Assembly (NCBI GenBank): GCA_049967655.1 | Contig: JBMFSH010000016.1 | Location: 1 to 58,787, forward strand | Direction of reading: 5' to 3' | Origin: Acidobacteriota bacterium | GTDB taxonomy: Bacteria > Acidobacteriota > UBA4820 > DSQY01 | DNA length: 58,787 nucleotides | In this document: positions 1 through 9,064 of the stretch, piece by piece | Layout of the letters: each line of letters starts with the position of its first letter | Numbering within the stretch: the stretch's first letter is position 1 | Notes under the pieces: generated by a model | Database searches by the model: none | Seen by the model: only the letters and a program-made list of their open reading frames with translations | What the model was told of the DNA's origin: nothing | Translations under genes and position numbers: made by a program

Positions 1-363
1 CGCCTCGCCAGGGCCCTGGCCTTCCCGTACAAATTGCTGCTTAATAAGTACTTCGTGGACGAGCTCTACTTCGGGGCCTTCATCCGGCCACTGCTGGCCT
101 TGTGCCGGGGGCTCTGGTGGTGGGACCGCTGGATCGTGGATGGCATCGTGAACGGCGCCCGCAATCTGACGGTGGGCGCCTCCGTCGCCTCGTTCGCCGT
201 GGACAAATACGTGGTGGATGGGGCGGGGGTCAACGGCACCGCGGCCACCTTCCAGTGGCTCTCCCGGATGAACCGGAAGGTCCAGACGGGGCAGTTCCAG
301 CACTACGCGCTGGGAGTGGTAGGGGGATTCATTCTGTTGCTGGTGTGGTACTTGTATCACTAG
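1..363 (+). CDS. nuoL: NADH-quinone oxidoreductase subunit L, C-terminal part (5' truncated by window edge)
   Basis: Frame open from base 1; NKYFVDELY...DRWIVDGIVNG...QTGQFQHYAL typical of the NuoL C-terminus; precedes nuoM. Confidence 0.9.
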   Translation, partial: RLARALAFPYKLLLNKYFVDELYFGAFIRPLLALCRGLWWWDRWIVDGIVNGARNLTVGASVASFAVDKYVVDGAGVNGTAATFQWLSRMNRKVQTGQFQHYALGVVGGFILLLVWYLYH

Positions 364-386
364 TCTGAAGACGAGGAGCCACGGAC

Positions 387-2015
387 ATGCCCTACATTTT
401 GTCGATTATCACCTACATTCCGTTACTGGCGGCCTTCGTGATCCTATTTGTGCCGAAGGATCAGACGAAGCTGATCAAGTACTCCACCACGGCGGTGTTC
501 CTCCTCGACTTCCTCCTGAGCCTTCCGCTCTGGTTCGGATGGAGTCAGGCCCAGGCCGCCGCGGATTCGGCCCACACCATGTGGGTCTTCGAGGAGGGGC
601 CCTTCCCGTGGATCACCTCCCTGGGGGTGAGCTACCACTTCGGCGTGGACGGCATGTCCATGCTCCTCGTGCTGCTCACCACCTTCCTCGGCGTCTTGGC
701 CGCTTGGTCGAGCTGGAGGTACATCCAGAACCGGGAGAAGGAGTACTACATCTGGCTGCTGGTCCTCCAGACGGGCATGCTGGGGGTCTTCTGCAGCCTC
801 GACTTCTTCCTCTTCTACGTCTTCTGGGAAGTGATGCTGGTACCCATGTACTTCCTCATCGGCATCTGGGGCGGACCCAATAAGCTCTACGCCGCCATCA
901 AGTTCTTCCTCTACACCCTGGCCGGCTCCGTCCTGATGCTGATCGGCATCCTCGTCCTCTACTTCAGGACGCCCCTGGTGAACGGCGTCCACAGCTTCGA
1001 CCTGAACTCCATCCTGGCCCTCCACCTCGATCCGGCCTTGCAGTGGTGGGTCTTCGCGGCCTTCTTCGTGGGCTTCGCCATCAAGGTGCCCATGTTCCCC
1101 TTCCACACGTGGCTGCCGGACGCCCACGTGGAGGCCCCCACGGCGGGTTCGGTCATCCTCGCCGGCGTCCTGCTGAAGATGGGAACTTACGGATTCTACC
1201 GTTTCGCCATCCCGATCCTGCCCGACGCCACCGTCAAATGGCTCCCCTTCGTGTTGATCCTCTCCATCATCGGGGTCATCTACGGCGCTATGGTCTCCCT
1301 CGTCCAGAAGGACATGAAGAAGCTGGTGGCCTACTCCTCCGTGAGCCACCTGGGTTTCGCCATGGCCGGCATGTTCACCCTCACCGTGGCGGGCATGAAG
1401 GGCAGCATCCTCCAGATGATCAACCACGGCATCAGCACGGGCGGGCTGTTCCTCCTCGTGGGCATCATCTACGAACGGATGCACACCCGCGAGATCAAGC
1501 TCTACGGCGGCCTGGCCAAGCTCATGCCGGTCTATGCCGCCTTTTTCATGATCATCACCCTCTCCTCCATCGGCCTGCCGGGCCTCAACGGCTTCGTGGG
1601 CGAGATCATGATCCTGCTGGGCGCCTACACCATGCCGAGTTACCTGATCTTCTCCAAGTCGCTCCTCTTCCTCCTCGTCTCGGGAATGCTCCTGGGGGCC
1701 GCCTACATGCTCTGGATGTACCAGCGGGTCTTTTTCGGCGAGGTGACCAACCCGCACCTGGAGGAGCACGTCAAGGGGCACGACATGACGGGCCGAGAGC
1801 TCGGCTACATGATCCCGCTCGTGGTCCTGGCCCTCTGGATCGGCCTCTACCCCAAGCCGGTCCTGGACAAGATGGACCGGAGCGTGGCCTTCGTGATGCA
1901 GCGCCTCAAGCCGGCCATGGAGCGCGTCGAGGCCGCCAAGGCCCTCAAGCCGCCGGCATTGCCGCCCGCTACCGAGGCGCCCACCGCCGCGCCCATACCG
2001 GCGCCGGAGCGCTAG
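387..2015 (+). CDS. nuoM: NADH-quinone oxidoreductase subunit M
   Basis: FYVFWEVMLVPMY, IKVPMFPFHTWLPDAHVEAPT, LKMGTYG motifs; GAGGAG RBS. Confidence 0.97.
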   Translation: MPYILSIITYIPLLAAFVILFVPKDQTKLIKYSTTAVFLLDFLLSLPLWFGWSQAQAAADSAHTMWVFEEGPFPWITSLGVSYHFGVDGMSMLLVLLTTFLGVLAAWSSWRYIQNREKEYYIWLLVLQTGMLGVFCSLDFFLFYVFWEVMLVPMYFLIGIWGGPNKLYAAIKFFLYTLAGSVLMLIGILVLYFRTPLVNGVHSFDLNSILALHLDPALQWWVFAAFFVGFAIKVPMFPFHTWLPDAHVEAPTAGSVILAGVLLKMGTYGFYRFAIPILPDATVKWLPFVLILSIIGVIYGAMVSLVQKDMKKLVAYSSVSHLGFAMAGMFTLTVAGMKGSILQMINHGISTGGLFLLVGIIYERMHTREIKLYGGLAKLMPVYAAFFMIITLSSIGLPGLNGFVGEIMILLGAYTMPSYLIFSKSLLFLLVSGMLLGAAYMLWMYQRVFFGEVTNPHLEEHVKGHDMTGRELGYMIPLVVLALWIGLYPKPVLDKMDRSVAFVMQRLKPAMERVEAAKALKPPALPPATEAPTAAPIPAPER

Positions 2016-2025
2016 GAGGCGGCCC

Positions 2026-3537
2026 ATGCCCGTTCTGCACCCTGAGTTCTGGCGCCTGCTGAGCCCCGAGTGGGTCCTGGTCTGCTTCGGGACCCTCTTC
2101 CTCCTCCTCTCCGCCCTGCCGGCGACCCGCGGCGCCAGGCGAGCCATCGGCGTCATGACCCTGTTCGGCTTCGCCGTCGTTCTCGTGCTCTGCGCCCAGA
2201 CCCTCGCGGCCCTCTCGCCGGGCATGCACGTCGCGGTCCTGACGGGACTGGACGGGCAGATCGGCCTGACGGTGGACGGCTTCAGCCAGGTCTTCAAGTT
2301 CATCTTCGTGCTCGGCGCCCTGCTCACGGTGCTGATGTCCTTCAAGTACCTGGAGGTGGAGAAGGCCTGGACGGGCGAGTACTTCACCTTCCTCACCTTC
2401 GCCGTCTTCGGGATGATGGTGATGGCCAGCGGCGTGGACCTGCTCACGCTGTGGGTCGGCCTGGAGACCATGGCCCTCTCGGTCTACGTCCTGGCCGCCT
2501 ACATGCGCCGGCAGGAGCCCAGCGTGGAAGGGGCCACCAAGTACTTCCTCCTGGGAGCCTTCTCCTCGGGCCTCTACCTGTATGGCACCTCTCTCATCTA
2601 CGGCGCCACCGGGACCGTGCAGCTGGGATCCATCCGCCTCGCCCTGCTGGACCGACTGGCCCACGGCGGCCCAGCGGCGGTGGGATTCCCGCTGGCCGCG
2701 GGCCTGGTGATCCTCTCCGTCTCCCTCCTGTTCAAGGCCGCCCTCGTGCCCTTCCACTGGTGGACACCCGATGCCTACGAGGGGGCGGCCACGCCCATCA
2801 CGGCCTTCATGAGCGTGGCCCCCAAGGCGGCCGCCTTCGCCCTCCTGCTCCGGATTTTCGTGGCGGGCTTTCTTCCCCTCGCCCCCATGTGGACGGGCCT
2901 CTTGAGTCTGGTGGCCATCCTCACCATGGCCTGGGGCAACATTGCCGCCATGCTCCAGAACAACGTAAAGCGCATGCTGGCCTACTCCTCCATCGCCCAC
3001 GCCGGTTACGCCCTCGTGGGCCTCGTGGCGGCGGGGAGGAGCCAAAGCAACCAGGGCATCGCGGCCGTGGCCTTCTACCTCCTGGTCTACGCGTTCATGA
3101 ACCTCGGCGCCTTCGGCCTCGTGCTCTACCTACAGCGGGAGGGCTCGGCGGGCGACCAGATGGATGATTTCGACGGTCTCATCCAACGCAGCCCACTCAT
3201 GGCCGTCCTGATGATCTTCTTCCTCCTCTCCCTCGGAGGCATCCCGCCCATGGCCGGCTTCCTCGGCAAGCTGATGATCTTCTACTCAGCCCTGGACGCG
3301 CACCTCTACCTCCTGGCGGTGGTGCTGGCCGTGACGAGCGTCATCTCCCTCTACTACTACTTCAGGGTCGTCTACCACATGTTCCTGAAGGAGGGCACCC
3401 CGAATCTGCCGGCGCCCTCCGCTGGTCGGCCGCTCGGCTGGTCTCTCGGCCTGTGCGGGGCGGCGGTGCTGGCCATAGGACTGTACGGACAGCCTTTCCT
3501 CCATTGGGCGTCCCAGGCCGTTCTGCTGGGACGCTGA
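2026..3537 (+). CDS. nuoN: NADH-quinone oxidoreductase subunit N
   Basis: EGATKYFLLG, FKAALVPFHWWTPDAYEGA, KRMLAYSSIAHAGY motifs; AGGAGG RBS. Confidence 0.96.
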   Translation: MPVLHPEFWRLLSPEWVLVCFGTLFLLLSALPATRGARRAIGVMTLFGFAVVLVLCAQTLAALSPGMHVAVLTGLDGQIGLTVDGFSQVFKFIFVLGALLTVLMSFKYLEVEKAWTGEYFTFLTFAVFGMMVMASGVDLLTLWVGLETMALSVYVLAAYMRRQEPSVEGATKYFLLGAFSSGLYLYGTSLIYGATGTVQLGSIRLALLDRLAHGGPAAVGFPLAAGLVILSVSLLFKAALVPFHWWTPDAYEGAATPITAFMSVAPKAAAFALLLRIFVAGFLPLAPMWTGLLSLVAILTMAWGNIAAMLQNNVKRMLAYSSIAHAGYALVGLVAAGRSQSNQGIAAVAFYLLVYAFMNLGAFGLVLYLQREGSAGDQMDDFDGLIQRSPLMAVLMIFFLLSLGGIPPMAGFLGKLMIFYSALDAHLYLLAVVLAVTSVISLYYYFRVVYHMFLKEGTPNLPAPSAGRPLGWSLGLCGAAVLAIGLYGQPFLHWASQAVLLGR

Positions 3538-3546
3538 CGGGGCCTC

Positions 3547-3783
3547 ATGGTCACGCCCTGGCGCCGTCTTGGCGTCTACCTCGACTTGGTCTACGTCTTC
3601 CCGGGAACCGTCGGTGTGGGAACGGGCTTGGGGTACCTCGTCGATCGCTGGCTGGATACCAGTCCCTACGGCACCATGTTCGGCTTCCTTCTGGGGTTGG
3701 CGGGCGCCTTCTGGTATCTGTTCCGCATGCTCGGACTATTCGGTCATGGGGGGCCGCCGGGTGGGAACGATGACCGTCCCTGA
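3547..3783 (+). CDS. AtpZ/AtpI-family small membrane protein
   Basis: GLGYLVDRWLDTSPYG..FGFLLG pattern; first gene of the F0 cluster. Confidence 0.85.
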   Translation: MVTPWRRLGVYLDLVYVFPGTVGVGTGLGYLVDRWLDTSPYGTMFGFLLGLAGAFWYLFRMLGLFGHGGPPGGNDDRP

Positions 3784-4141
3784 GTTCCGCCGGCGCTTCA
3801 TGATTCTGGCGGCCCCGGGCGGCCTCGCGGGGACCGCTCTCCTGGGGATCCGCGCGGACCCGAGAAGCGCGCTCGCCTTCGCCCTCACCTTCGTCCTGGT
3901 TTGCGCCGACTTCCTCTGGATGTCGCTGGGGATCGAGAAGGCCCTCGGCGGGAGCTCCCTCAAGCGGACGGCGGCCGGCTTCTTCCTGGCGGGGCTGGCC
4001 TTTCGCACCATCTTGCTCCTCCTCGCCCTGTATGCTATTCTAAGGTTCCTACCTCGGGAGTCTCTGGGTGTCATCCTGGGGATAGGGGGGGCCCTAATGC
4101 TTCTGGCAGCGGCCGGAGCTTTGCCTGCAAGAGGCGGATGA
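3770..4141 (+). CDS. atpI: ATP synthase protein I (four-TM accessory protein)
   Basis: Hydrophobic ~123 aa ORF between the AtpZ-like gene and atpB, overlapping both. Confidence 0.7.
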   Translation: MTVPEFRRRFMILAAPGGLAGTALLGIRADPRSALAFALTFVLVCADFLWMSLGIEKALGGSSLKRTAAGFFLAGLAFRTILLLLALYAILRFLPRESLGVILGIGGALMLLAAAGALPARGG

Positions 4142-4818
4142 TGCACGAGCTGAATTCCCTCGTCACGATGCTGGTGGACGCCCTTGTCCACAAGGAAGTG
4201 CCCGACTATTTCGTGATGCTCACGCTGATCATGGTGGGCACCCTGCTCTTCTTCTTTCTGGCCACCCGCCGCCTCTCCGTGGAACGGCCGGGGGTGGTGC
4301 AGCAGATCCTCGAGCTGGTCGTGGAGACGGTGGGCAAGTTCCTGGACGACATCCTCGGGCCCCACGGCCGTCAGTACATGGCGCCCATGGGCACCTTCAC
4401 GGTCCTGATCCTTGTCTCCAACCTCAGCGGCCTGATCCCCGGTTTTATGCCGCCCACGGGCAACATCGTCGTGACCCTCTCCCTGGGCCTCTCCTCCTTC
4501 TGCGTCTACAACTACTACGGCCTCAAGGCTCACGGCATCGGCTACGTGAAGCACTTCATGGGCCCCATCCTGCTGATGGCCCCGCTCTTCTTCCCTATCG
4601 AGATCGTGAGTCACGTGGCCCGGCCCATGTCCCTCGGCATCCGTCTCTTCGGTAACATCTTCGGCGATCACCAAGTGGGGGGCGTCTTTCTGCACCTCGT
4701 CCCCTTCGCGATTCCGGTTCCCTTCATCCTTCTGGGCATCTTCGTGGCCTTCGTCCAGACGCTGGTCTTTGTCTTGCTCTCCATGATCTATATCGCGGGG
4801 GCGGTTGAGCACCACTAG
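4138..4818 (+). CDS. atpB: F0F1 ATP synthase subunit a
   Basis: PIEIVSHVARPMSLGIRLFGNIFGDH with the essential Arg; VQTLVFVLLSMIYI. Confidence 0.96.
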   Translation: MMHELNSLVTMLVDALVHKEVPDYFVMLTLIMVGTLLFFFLATRRLSVERPGVVQQILELVVETVGKFLDDILGPHGRQYMAPMGTFTVLILVSNLSGLIPGFMPPTGNIVVTLSLGLSSFCVYNYYGLKAHGIGYVKHFMGPILLMAPLFFPIEIVSHVARPMSLGIRLFGNIFGDHQVGGVFLHLVPFAIPVPFILLGIFVAFVQTLVFVLLSMIYIAGAVEHH

Positions 4819-4846
4819 GTTAGGAAGGTTCGAAAGGAGGAGCTCC

Positions 4847-5164
4847 GTGAACAGGAAAAAGGCTTGGATGGTTCTGTTGGGGTCTTTGATGCTGATGCTG
4901 GCCGCCCCCGTCTTCGCCCAGGAGCCGGGCACCGCCGCCGGCCTCGGCAAGGATGCTCTCGGCGTGCTGGCTGCCGGCTTCTCGATGGCTTTTGCCTCCG
5001 CCATCTGCGGCCTGGCTCAGGGCAAGGCCATCTCGGCCGCCTGCGAGGGCGCCGCCCGGAACCCGGGCATGGCCGACAAGCTGCAGATCATGATGATCAT
5101 CGGTCTGGCCTTCATCGAGTCGCTGGCGCTCTACACGATGGTCATCATCTTCGTGAAGATGTGA
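4847..5164 (+). CDS. atpE: F0F1 ATP synthase subunit c with N-terminal signal-like extension
   Basis: GLAQG..EGAARNP..GLAFIESLALY; GTG start after AAGGAGG. Confidence 0.95.
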   Translation: MNRKKAWMVLLGSLMLMLAAPVFAQEPGTAAGLGKDALGVLAAGFSMAFASAICGLAQGKAISAACEGAARNPGMADKLQIMMIIGLAFIESLALYTMVIIFVKM

Positions 5165-5170
5165 CTTTCC

Positions 5171-5208
5171 TCCGGGGTCCCGTCTTCGGGCGGGACCCCG
5201 GACCTTCC
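5171..5208 (+). terminator. Strong hairpin after atpE (putative terminator or stabiliser)
   Basis: TCCGGGGTCCCG-TC-TTCG-GG-CGGGACCCCGGA, perfect 12-bp outer stem with cUUCGg loop; weak U-tract. Confidence 0.6.
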
Positions 5209-5217
5209 CGCTCTGCC

Positions 5218-6315
5218 TTGCCCCAAAGCCCCATCACCCGCATCCCCTCCGCTCTCCATCCGGTGCTCCTCTCCCCGAGTGTGGCCCCCATCCTTCCCCA
5301 GCTGCGCCGCTTCGTCGGCGGGCGACGGGCGTTTCTCTGCACGGAGGACAGGCTCGCCAAGATCCTGGCTCCGGTCCTCGGCCTGCTCTCCGAGTCCCTC
5401 GACCGGGCGCCCTTTGTGACCTTCGCGGGCGGCGAGAGGCGCAAGAACAGGGAGACCAAGGAGAGGCTGGAGGATTCCCTCTTGGGGGCGGGCGCCGCAC
5501 GGGACGCCGTGTTGGTAGCGGTGGGAGGCGGGTTGGTGAGCGACCTGACGGGATTCACCGCCGGCACCCTCATGCGCGGCGTGCCCTACATCAACCTCCC
5601 GACGACTTTGCTCGCTCTGGTGGACGCCTCCATCGGAGGCAAGACGGCCGTCAACACTCCGGCGGGCAAGAACCTGGTGGGACTGTTCCACCCGCCCCTC
5701 GCGGTCCTGGGCGCCCTCGACTTTTTGGATACGCTCCCACCCCGCGAGTTCCGCTCGGGCCTGGCGGAGTGCCTCAAGCACGGCGCGGGCCTCGATGCCG
5801 ATCTCCTCGCATGGATGGCCGAGCGCTCTCCCAAGGACCTGCGCCGGGACCGGGAGGCGCTCCTTCACCTCGTGGCCACCTCCAGCGCCCTGAAGTGCCG
5901 CGTGGTGGATGAGGACCCCACGGAGCATACCGGCCGGCGGAACATCCTGAACCTCGGCCACACCCTCGGCCACGCCATCGAACTCCTGAGCGGCTACAGG
6001 GTCAGCCACGGCTCCGCCGTTGCGGCCGGCCTCTGCTGGGAGGGGGCCTGCGCCGTCGTCCAGGGCTACCTCCCCCGAGCGGACCTGGAGATCCTCTTGC
6101 AGGCCATTCGTCCCTACCGCTTCCCGCCCCTGTGGCTGAGCGCGGATTCGGCGGCGGTCTTCGAGGCCGCGGCCCACGACAAGAAGAACACCAAGGGCCA
6201 AGTGGCCTACGTCCCCCTGGCCGCCATGGGGCGTTCCGCCCTTCCCCCGCCCCACACGGCCCCCATGACCCTCCTGGCGCTCCGCTCGGCCCTCGATCTC
6301 CTTCCGGAAGGCTGA
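5218..6315 (+). CDS. aroB: 3-dehydroquinate synthase (start uncertain: TTG 5218 or GTG 5161 overlapping the atpE stop)
   Basis: GGGLVSDLTGF, PTTLLALVDASIGGKTAVN, LNLGHTLGHAIE, HGSAVAAG. Confidence 0.9.
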   Translation: MPQSPITRIPSALHPVLLSPSVAPILPQLRRFVGGRRAFLCTEDRLAKILAPVLGLLSESLDRAPFVTFAGGERRKNRETKERLEDSLLGAGAARDAVLVAVGGGLVSDLTGFTAGTLMRGVPYINLPTTLLALVDASIGGKTAVNTPAGKNLVGLFHPPLAVLGALDFLDTLPPREFRSGLAECLKHGAGLDADLLAWMAERSPKDLRRDREALLHLVATSSALKCRVVDEDPTEHTGRRNILNLGHTLGHAIELLSGYRVSHGSAVAAGLCWEGACAVVQGYLPRADLEILLQAIRPYRFPPLWLSADSAAVFEAAAHDKKNTKGQVAYVPLAAMGRSALPPPHTAPMTLLALRSALDLLPEG

Positions 6316-6316
6316 C

Positions 6317-7030
6317 ATGGACAAGCTCTTCGGCGTGAACCCCGTTGTCGAGTGCCTGCGCGCTGGCCGAAGGGCCGTCCGGCGGCTCTGGGTCTCCAGC
6401 GTGGACCGAGCTGCGGAGCTGGAGCGCCGATCGGGCGTTCCCCTCCCCCTCGCCTTCGAAACGCTCCCGCGCGAGAAGCTGAGCCGCATGGCCGACAATC
6501 CGAACCATCAGGGGGTGTTGGCCGAGGTGGATCCTTATCCCTACGCCGACGCGGAAGACCTGCTGGAGGTACCGGGGGCCTTCCTGCTCCTCCTGGATAA
6601 CCTGACCGATCCCCACAACGTGGGTGCCATCCTGCGCAGCGCCTACTGCGCGGGCGTCACCGGCGTGACCCTCCGGAAGCACCACTCGGCCCAGATCACG
6701 CCCGTGGTGGCCAAGGCCTCCGCGGGCGCCGTGGAGCACCTGAACGTGGCCCTCGTGCCCAACCAGTCCATGGTCCTCGAACAGGCGGGCGACAGGGGCT
6801 ACTTTCGCCTCGCCCTGGACATGGAGGGGGCACCCCTCTGGAGCGCGGACCTTCCGTGGAATCGCCCCCTGGCGCTGGTGGTGGGCGAGGAGGGAGAGGG
6901 CGTGGGACGCCTGGTCCGCTCCCGCTGCGACGCCTCCGTGAGGATCCCCATGCGCGGTCGGCTGGACTCCCTCAACGCCTCCGTCGCCGCGGCCCTGGCC
7001 CTGTTCGAGGTGGCCAGGCGCCGATCATAG
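6317..7030 (+). CDS. rlmB: TrmH/SpoU-family 23S rRNA methyltransferase (RlmB-like)
   Basis: NHQGV, DPHNVGAILRSA, IPMRGRLDSLNASVA. Confidence 0.9.
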   Translation: MDKLFGVNPVVECLRAGRRAVRRLWVSSVDRAAELERRSGVPLPLAFETLPREKLSRMADNPNHQGVLAEVDPYPYADAEDLLEVPGAFLLLLDNLTDPHNVGAILRSAYCAGVTGVTLRKHHSAQITPVVAKASAGAVEHLNVALVPNQSMVLEQAGDRGYFRLALDMEGAPLWSADLPWNRPLALVVGEEGEGVGRLVRSRCDASVRIPMRGRLDSLNASVAAALALFEVARRRS

Positions 7031-7122
7031 GCCGCTGAGCCGCCCAGGATTGAAGAGCGACGGGCGCCATGGGACAATCGCCGCTCCGGCCCAGCGACGC
7101 GCCGGGGCGAACGGGAGGGAGC

Positions 7123-8940
7123 ATGGACGCTCATGACAAGATCGCCATCGTGGATTTCGGCGGGCAGTACGCCCACCTCATCGCCACCAAGGTCCGGCGC
7201 CTGAACGTTCTGGCGGAGATCCTCCAGCCCGAGGACCCCGTCGAGCACTTCGCCCAGTTCAAGGGGATCATCCTCTCCGGAAGTCCCTCCCTGTCGGCCT
7301 ACGACGAAGACAGCGCCTACGACGGCCGCATCTACGACCTGCCCGTGCCGATCCTGGGGTTCTGTTTTGGCCACCAGGAGATCGCCAAGCACTACGGCGG
7401 CCGCGTGGAGCACACCCAGCGCGAATATGGGCCGGCGGTCCTGACCTTGCGGGGCCCCAGTCCCATCTTCCGCGGCCTCGCTCCCGAAGAGACGGTCTGG
7501 ATGAGCCACGGCGATTCGGTGACGGCTCTGCCGGAGGGATTCGAGGAGATCGGCGTCTCCTCGTCCGAACGGGGACCGGCCCACCGCAACGCCGCCATCG
7601 CCCACCAGGGGCTCCGGCGCTACGGCTTCCAGTTCCACCCCGAGGTGGACGACACACCGCACGGCGAGGCGATGCTGAGGAATTTCGTGCTGGACATCTG
7701 CGGCTGCCGACCCGATTGGACCATGGACCTCTTCTCCCGGGAGGAGGAGGCGCGCATCCGCGAGCAGGCCCAAGGCCGGCCCGTCTTTCTGCTGGCTTCG
7801 GGCGGAGTGGATTCTACCGTGTGCGCGGTGCTGCTCGGCGAGGCACTGGGGCCCGAGCGGGTCCACCTGCTCCACATCGACAACGGCCTGCTGCGAAAGA
7901 ACGAGAGCAGCGAGGTTCTTGGGGCCTTCCGCCGGCACGGGCTGGACCGGAACCTCCATTTCGTGGACGCCTCGGAGCGCTTCCTCTCCGCTCTCGCGGG
8001 CGTGGTGGAACCCGAACGGAAGCGCCGGATCATCGGCGACACCTTTCTGGAGGTGTTCCAGGCGGAGGCCTCCAGGCTGGATCTCCGGGACTGCCTCTTG
8101 GCCCAGGGGACCATCTATCCCGACACCATCGAGACGGGCGGGACCAGGCGCGCCGACGTGATCAAGACGCACCACAACCGCGTGCCGGCGGTGGAGGCCC
8201 TGATCGCCAGGGGGCAGGTCATCGAACCGCTGCGCGAGCTGTACAAGGTGGAGGTCCGGGAGCTGGGCGAGGCCCTCGGGCTGCCCGAGGAGCTGGTTTG
8301 GCGCCACCCCTTCCCCGGTCCAGGCCTCGGCATCCGGCTTCTCTGTTCCGATGGCAGGGCCCCCGATCCCACGCCCGGCGCCGAGGAGACGCTGGCTCGG
8401 CTCGCGGCCCAGGCCGGCGTGGGCGCCGCCATCCTCCCCGTGCGCTCCGTGGGGGTCAAGGCCGACCTGCGCGCCTACGAACAGCCGGTGATGCTCTGGG
8501 GGGCGGACCTCCTGCCCCGCGCGGAGACCCTCGCCTCCAGGCTTTACCAGGAGGTGCCCGGGGTCAACCGCTGCGTGGTGGATCTCACCGGCAAGGGGTT
8601 CGAGACCGCTAAGCCTCTGGCTGGGACGGTCACCCGGGAACGGCTGGACCTCCTGCGGGAAGCCGACGCTATCGTGATGGAGGGGCTGAGGCGGCACGGC
8701 CTCTACCGCACCGTGTGGCAGTGCCCCATCGTCCTGGTCCCCCTGGAGCTGGACGGCCGGGGGAGGGAATTGGTGGTGATCCGCCCCGTCCTCTCCGAGC
8801 GGGCCATGACCGCCCGGCCGGCCCTCTTCCCCGCCCCCCTTCTCGACGAGCTGCGCGGGGCCATCATGGCGCTTCCCGGAGTATCGGGAGTGGCCCTGGA
8901 TGTGACCACCAAGCCCCCGGGAACCATCGAGTGGGAGTGA
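7123..8940 (+). CDS. guaA: GMP synthase (glutamine-hydrolysing), long form
   Basis: DFGGQY, GFCFGHQ, QFHPEV, SGGVDS, IKTHHN, RHPFPGPGL, KPPGTIEWE. Confidence 0.95.
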   Translation: MDAHDKIAIVDFGGQYAHLIATKVRRLNVLAEILQPEDPVEHFAQFKGIILSGSPSLSAYDEDSAYDGRIYDLPVPILGFCFGHQEIAKHYGGRVEHTQREYGPAVLTLRGPSPIFRGLAPEETVWMSHGDSVTALPEGFEEIGVSSSERGPAHRNAAIAHQGLRRYGFQFHPEVDDTPHGEAMLRNFVLDICGCRPDWTMDLFSREEEARIREQAQGRPVFLLASGGVDSTVCAVLLGEALGPERVHLLHIDNGLLRKNESSEVLGAFRRHGLDRNLHFVDASERFLSALAGVVEPERKRRIIGDTFLEVFQAEASRLDLRDCLLAQGTIYPDTIETGGTRRADVIKTHHNRVPAVEALIARGQVIEPLRELYKVEVRELGEALGLPEELVWRHPFPGPGLGIRLLCSDGRAPDPTPGAEETLARLAAQAGVGAAILPVRSVGVKADLRAYEQPVMLWGADLLPRAETLASRLYQEVPGVNRCVVDLTGKGFETAKPLAGTVTRERLDLLREADAIVMEGLRRHGLYRTVWQCPIVLVPLELDGRGRELVVIRPVLSERAMTARPALFPAPLLDELRGAIMALPGVSGVALDVTTKPPGTIEWE

Positions 8941-9009
8941 GGCGATAGAGCCGGGGAGGCGAGAAACAGGGACATGCCCCCCGCTCTCCGCCCCTCCCGG
9001 TCAAAGGAC

Positions 9010-9036
9010 AAGGGCCGGGAAGCCCCGGCCCTTCTT
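9010..9036. terminator. Hairpin between convergent guaA and pstS
   Basis: AAGGGCCGGG-AAGC-CCCGGCCCTT, 10-bp stem. Confidence 0.6.
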
Positions 9037-9064
9037 CCGTGCGCCAAGATAGAAGGCTGGGAGA

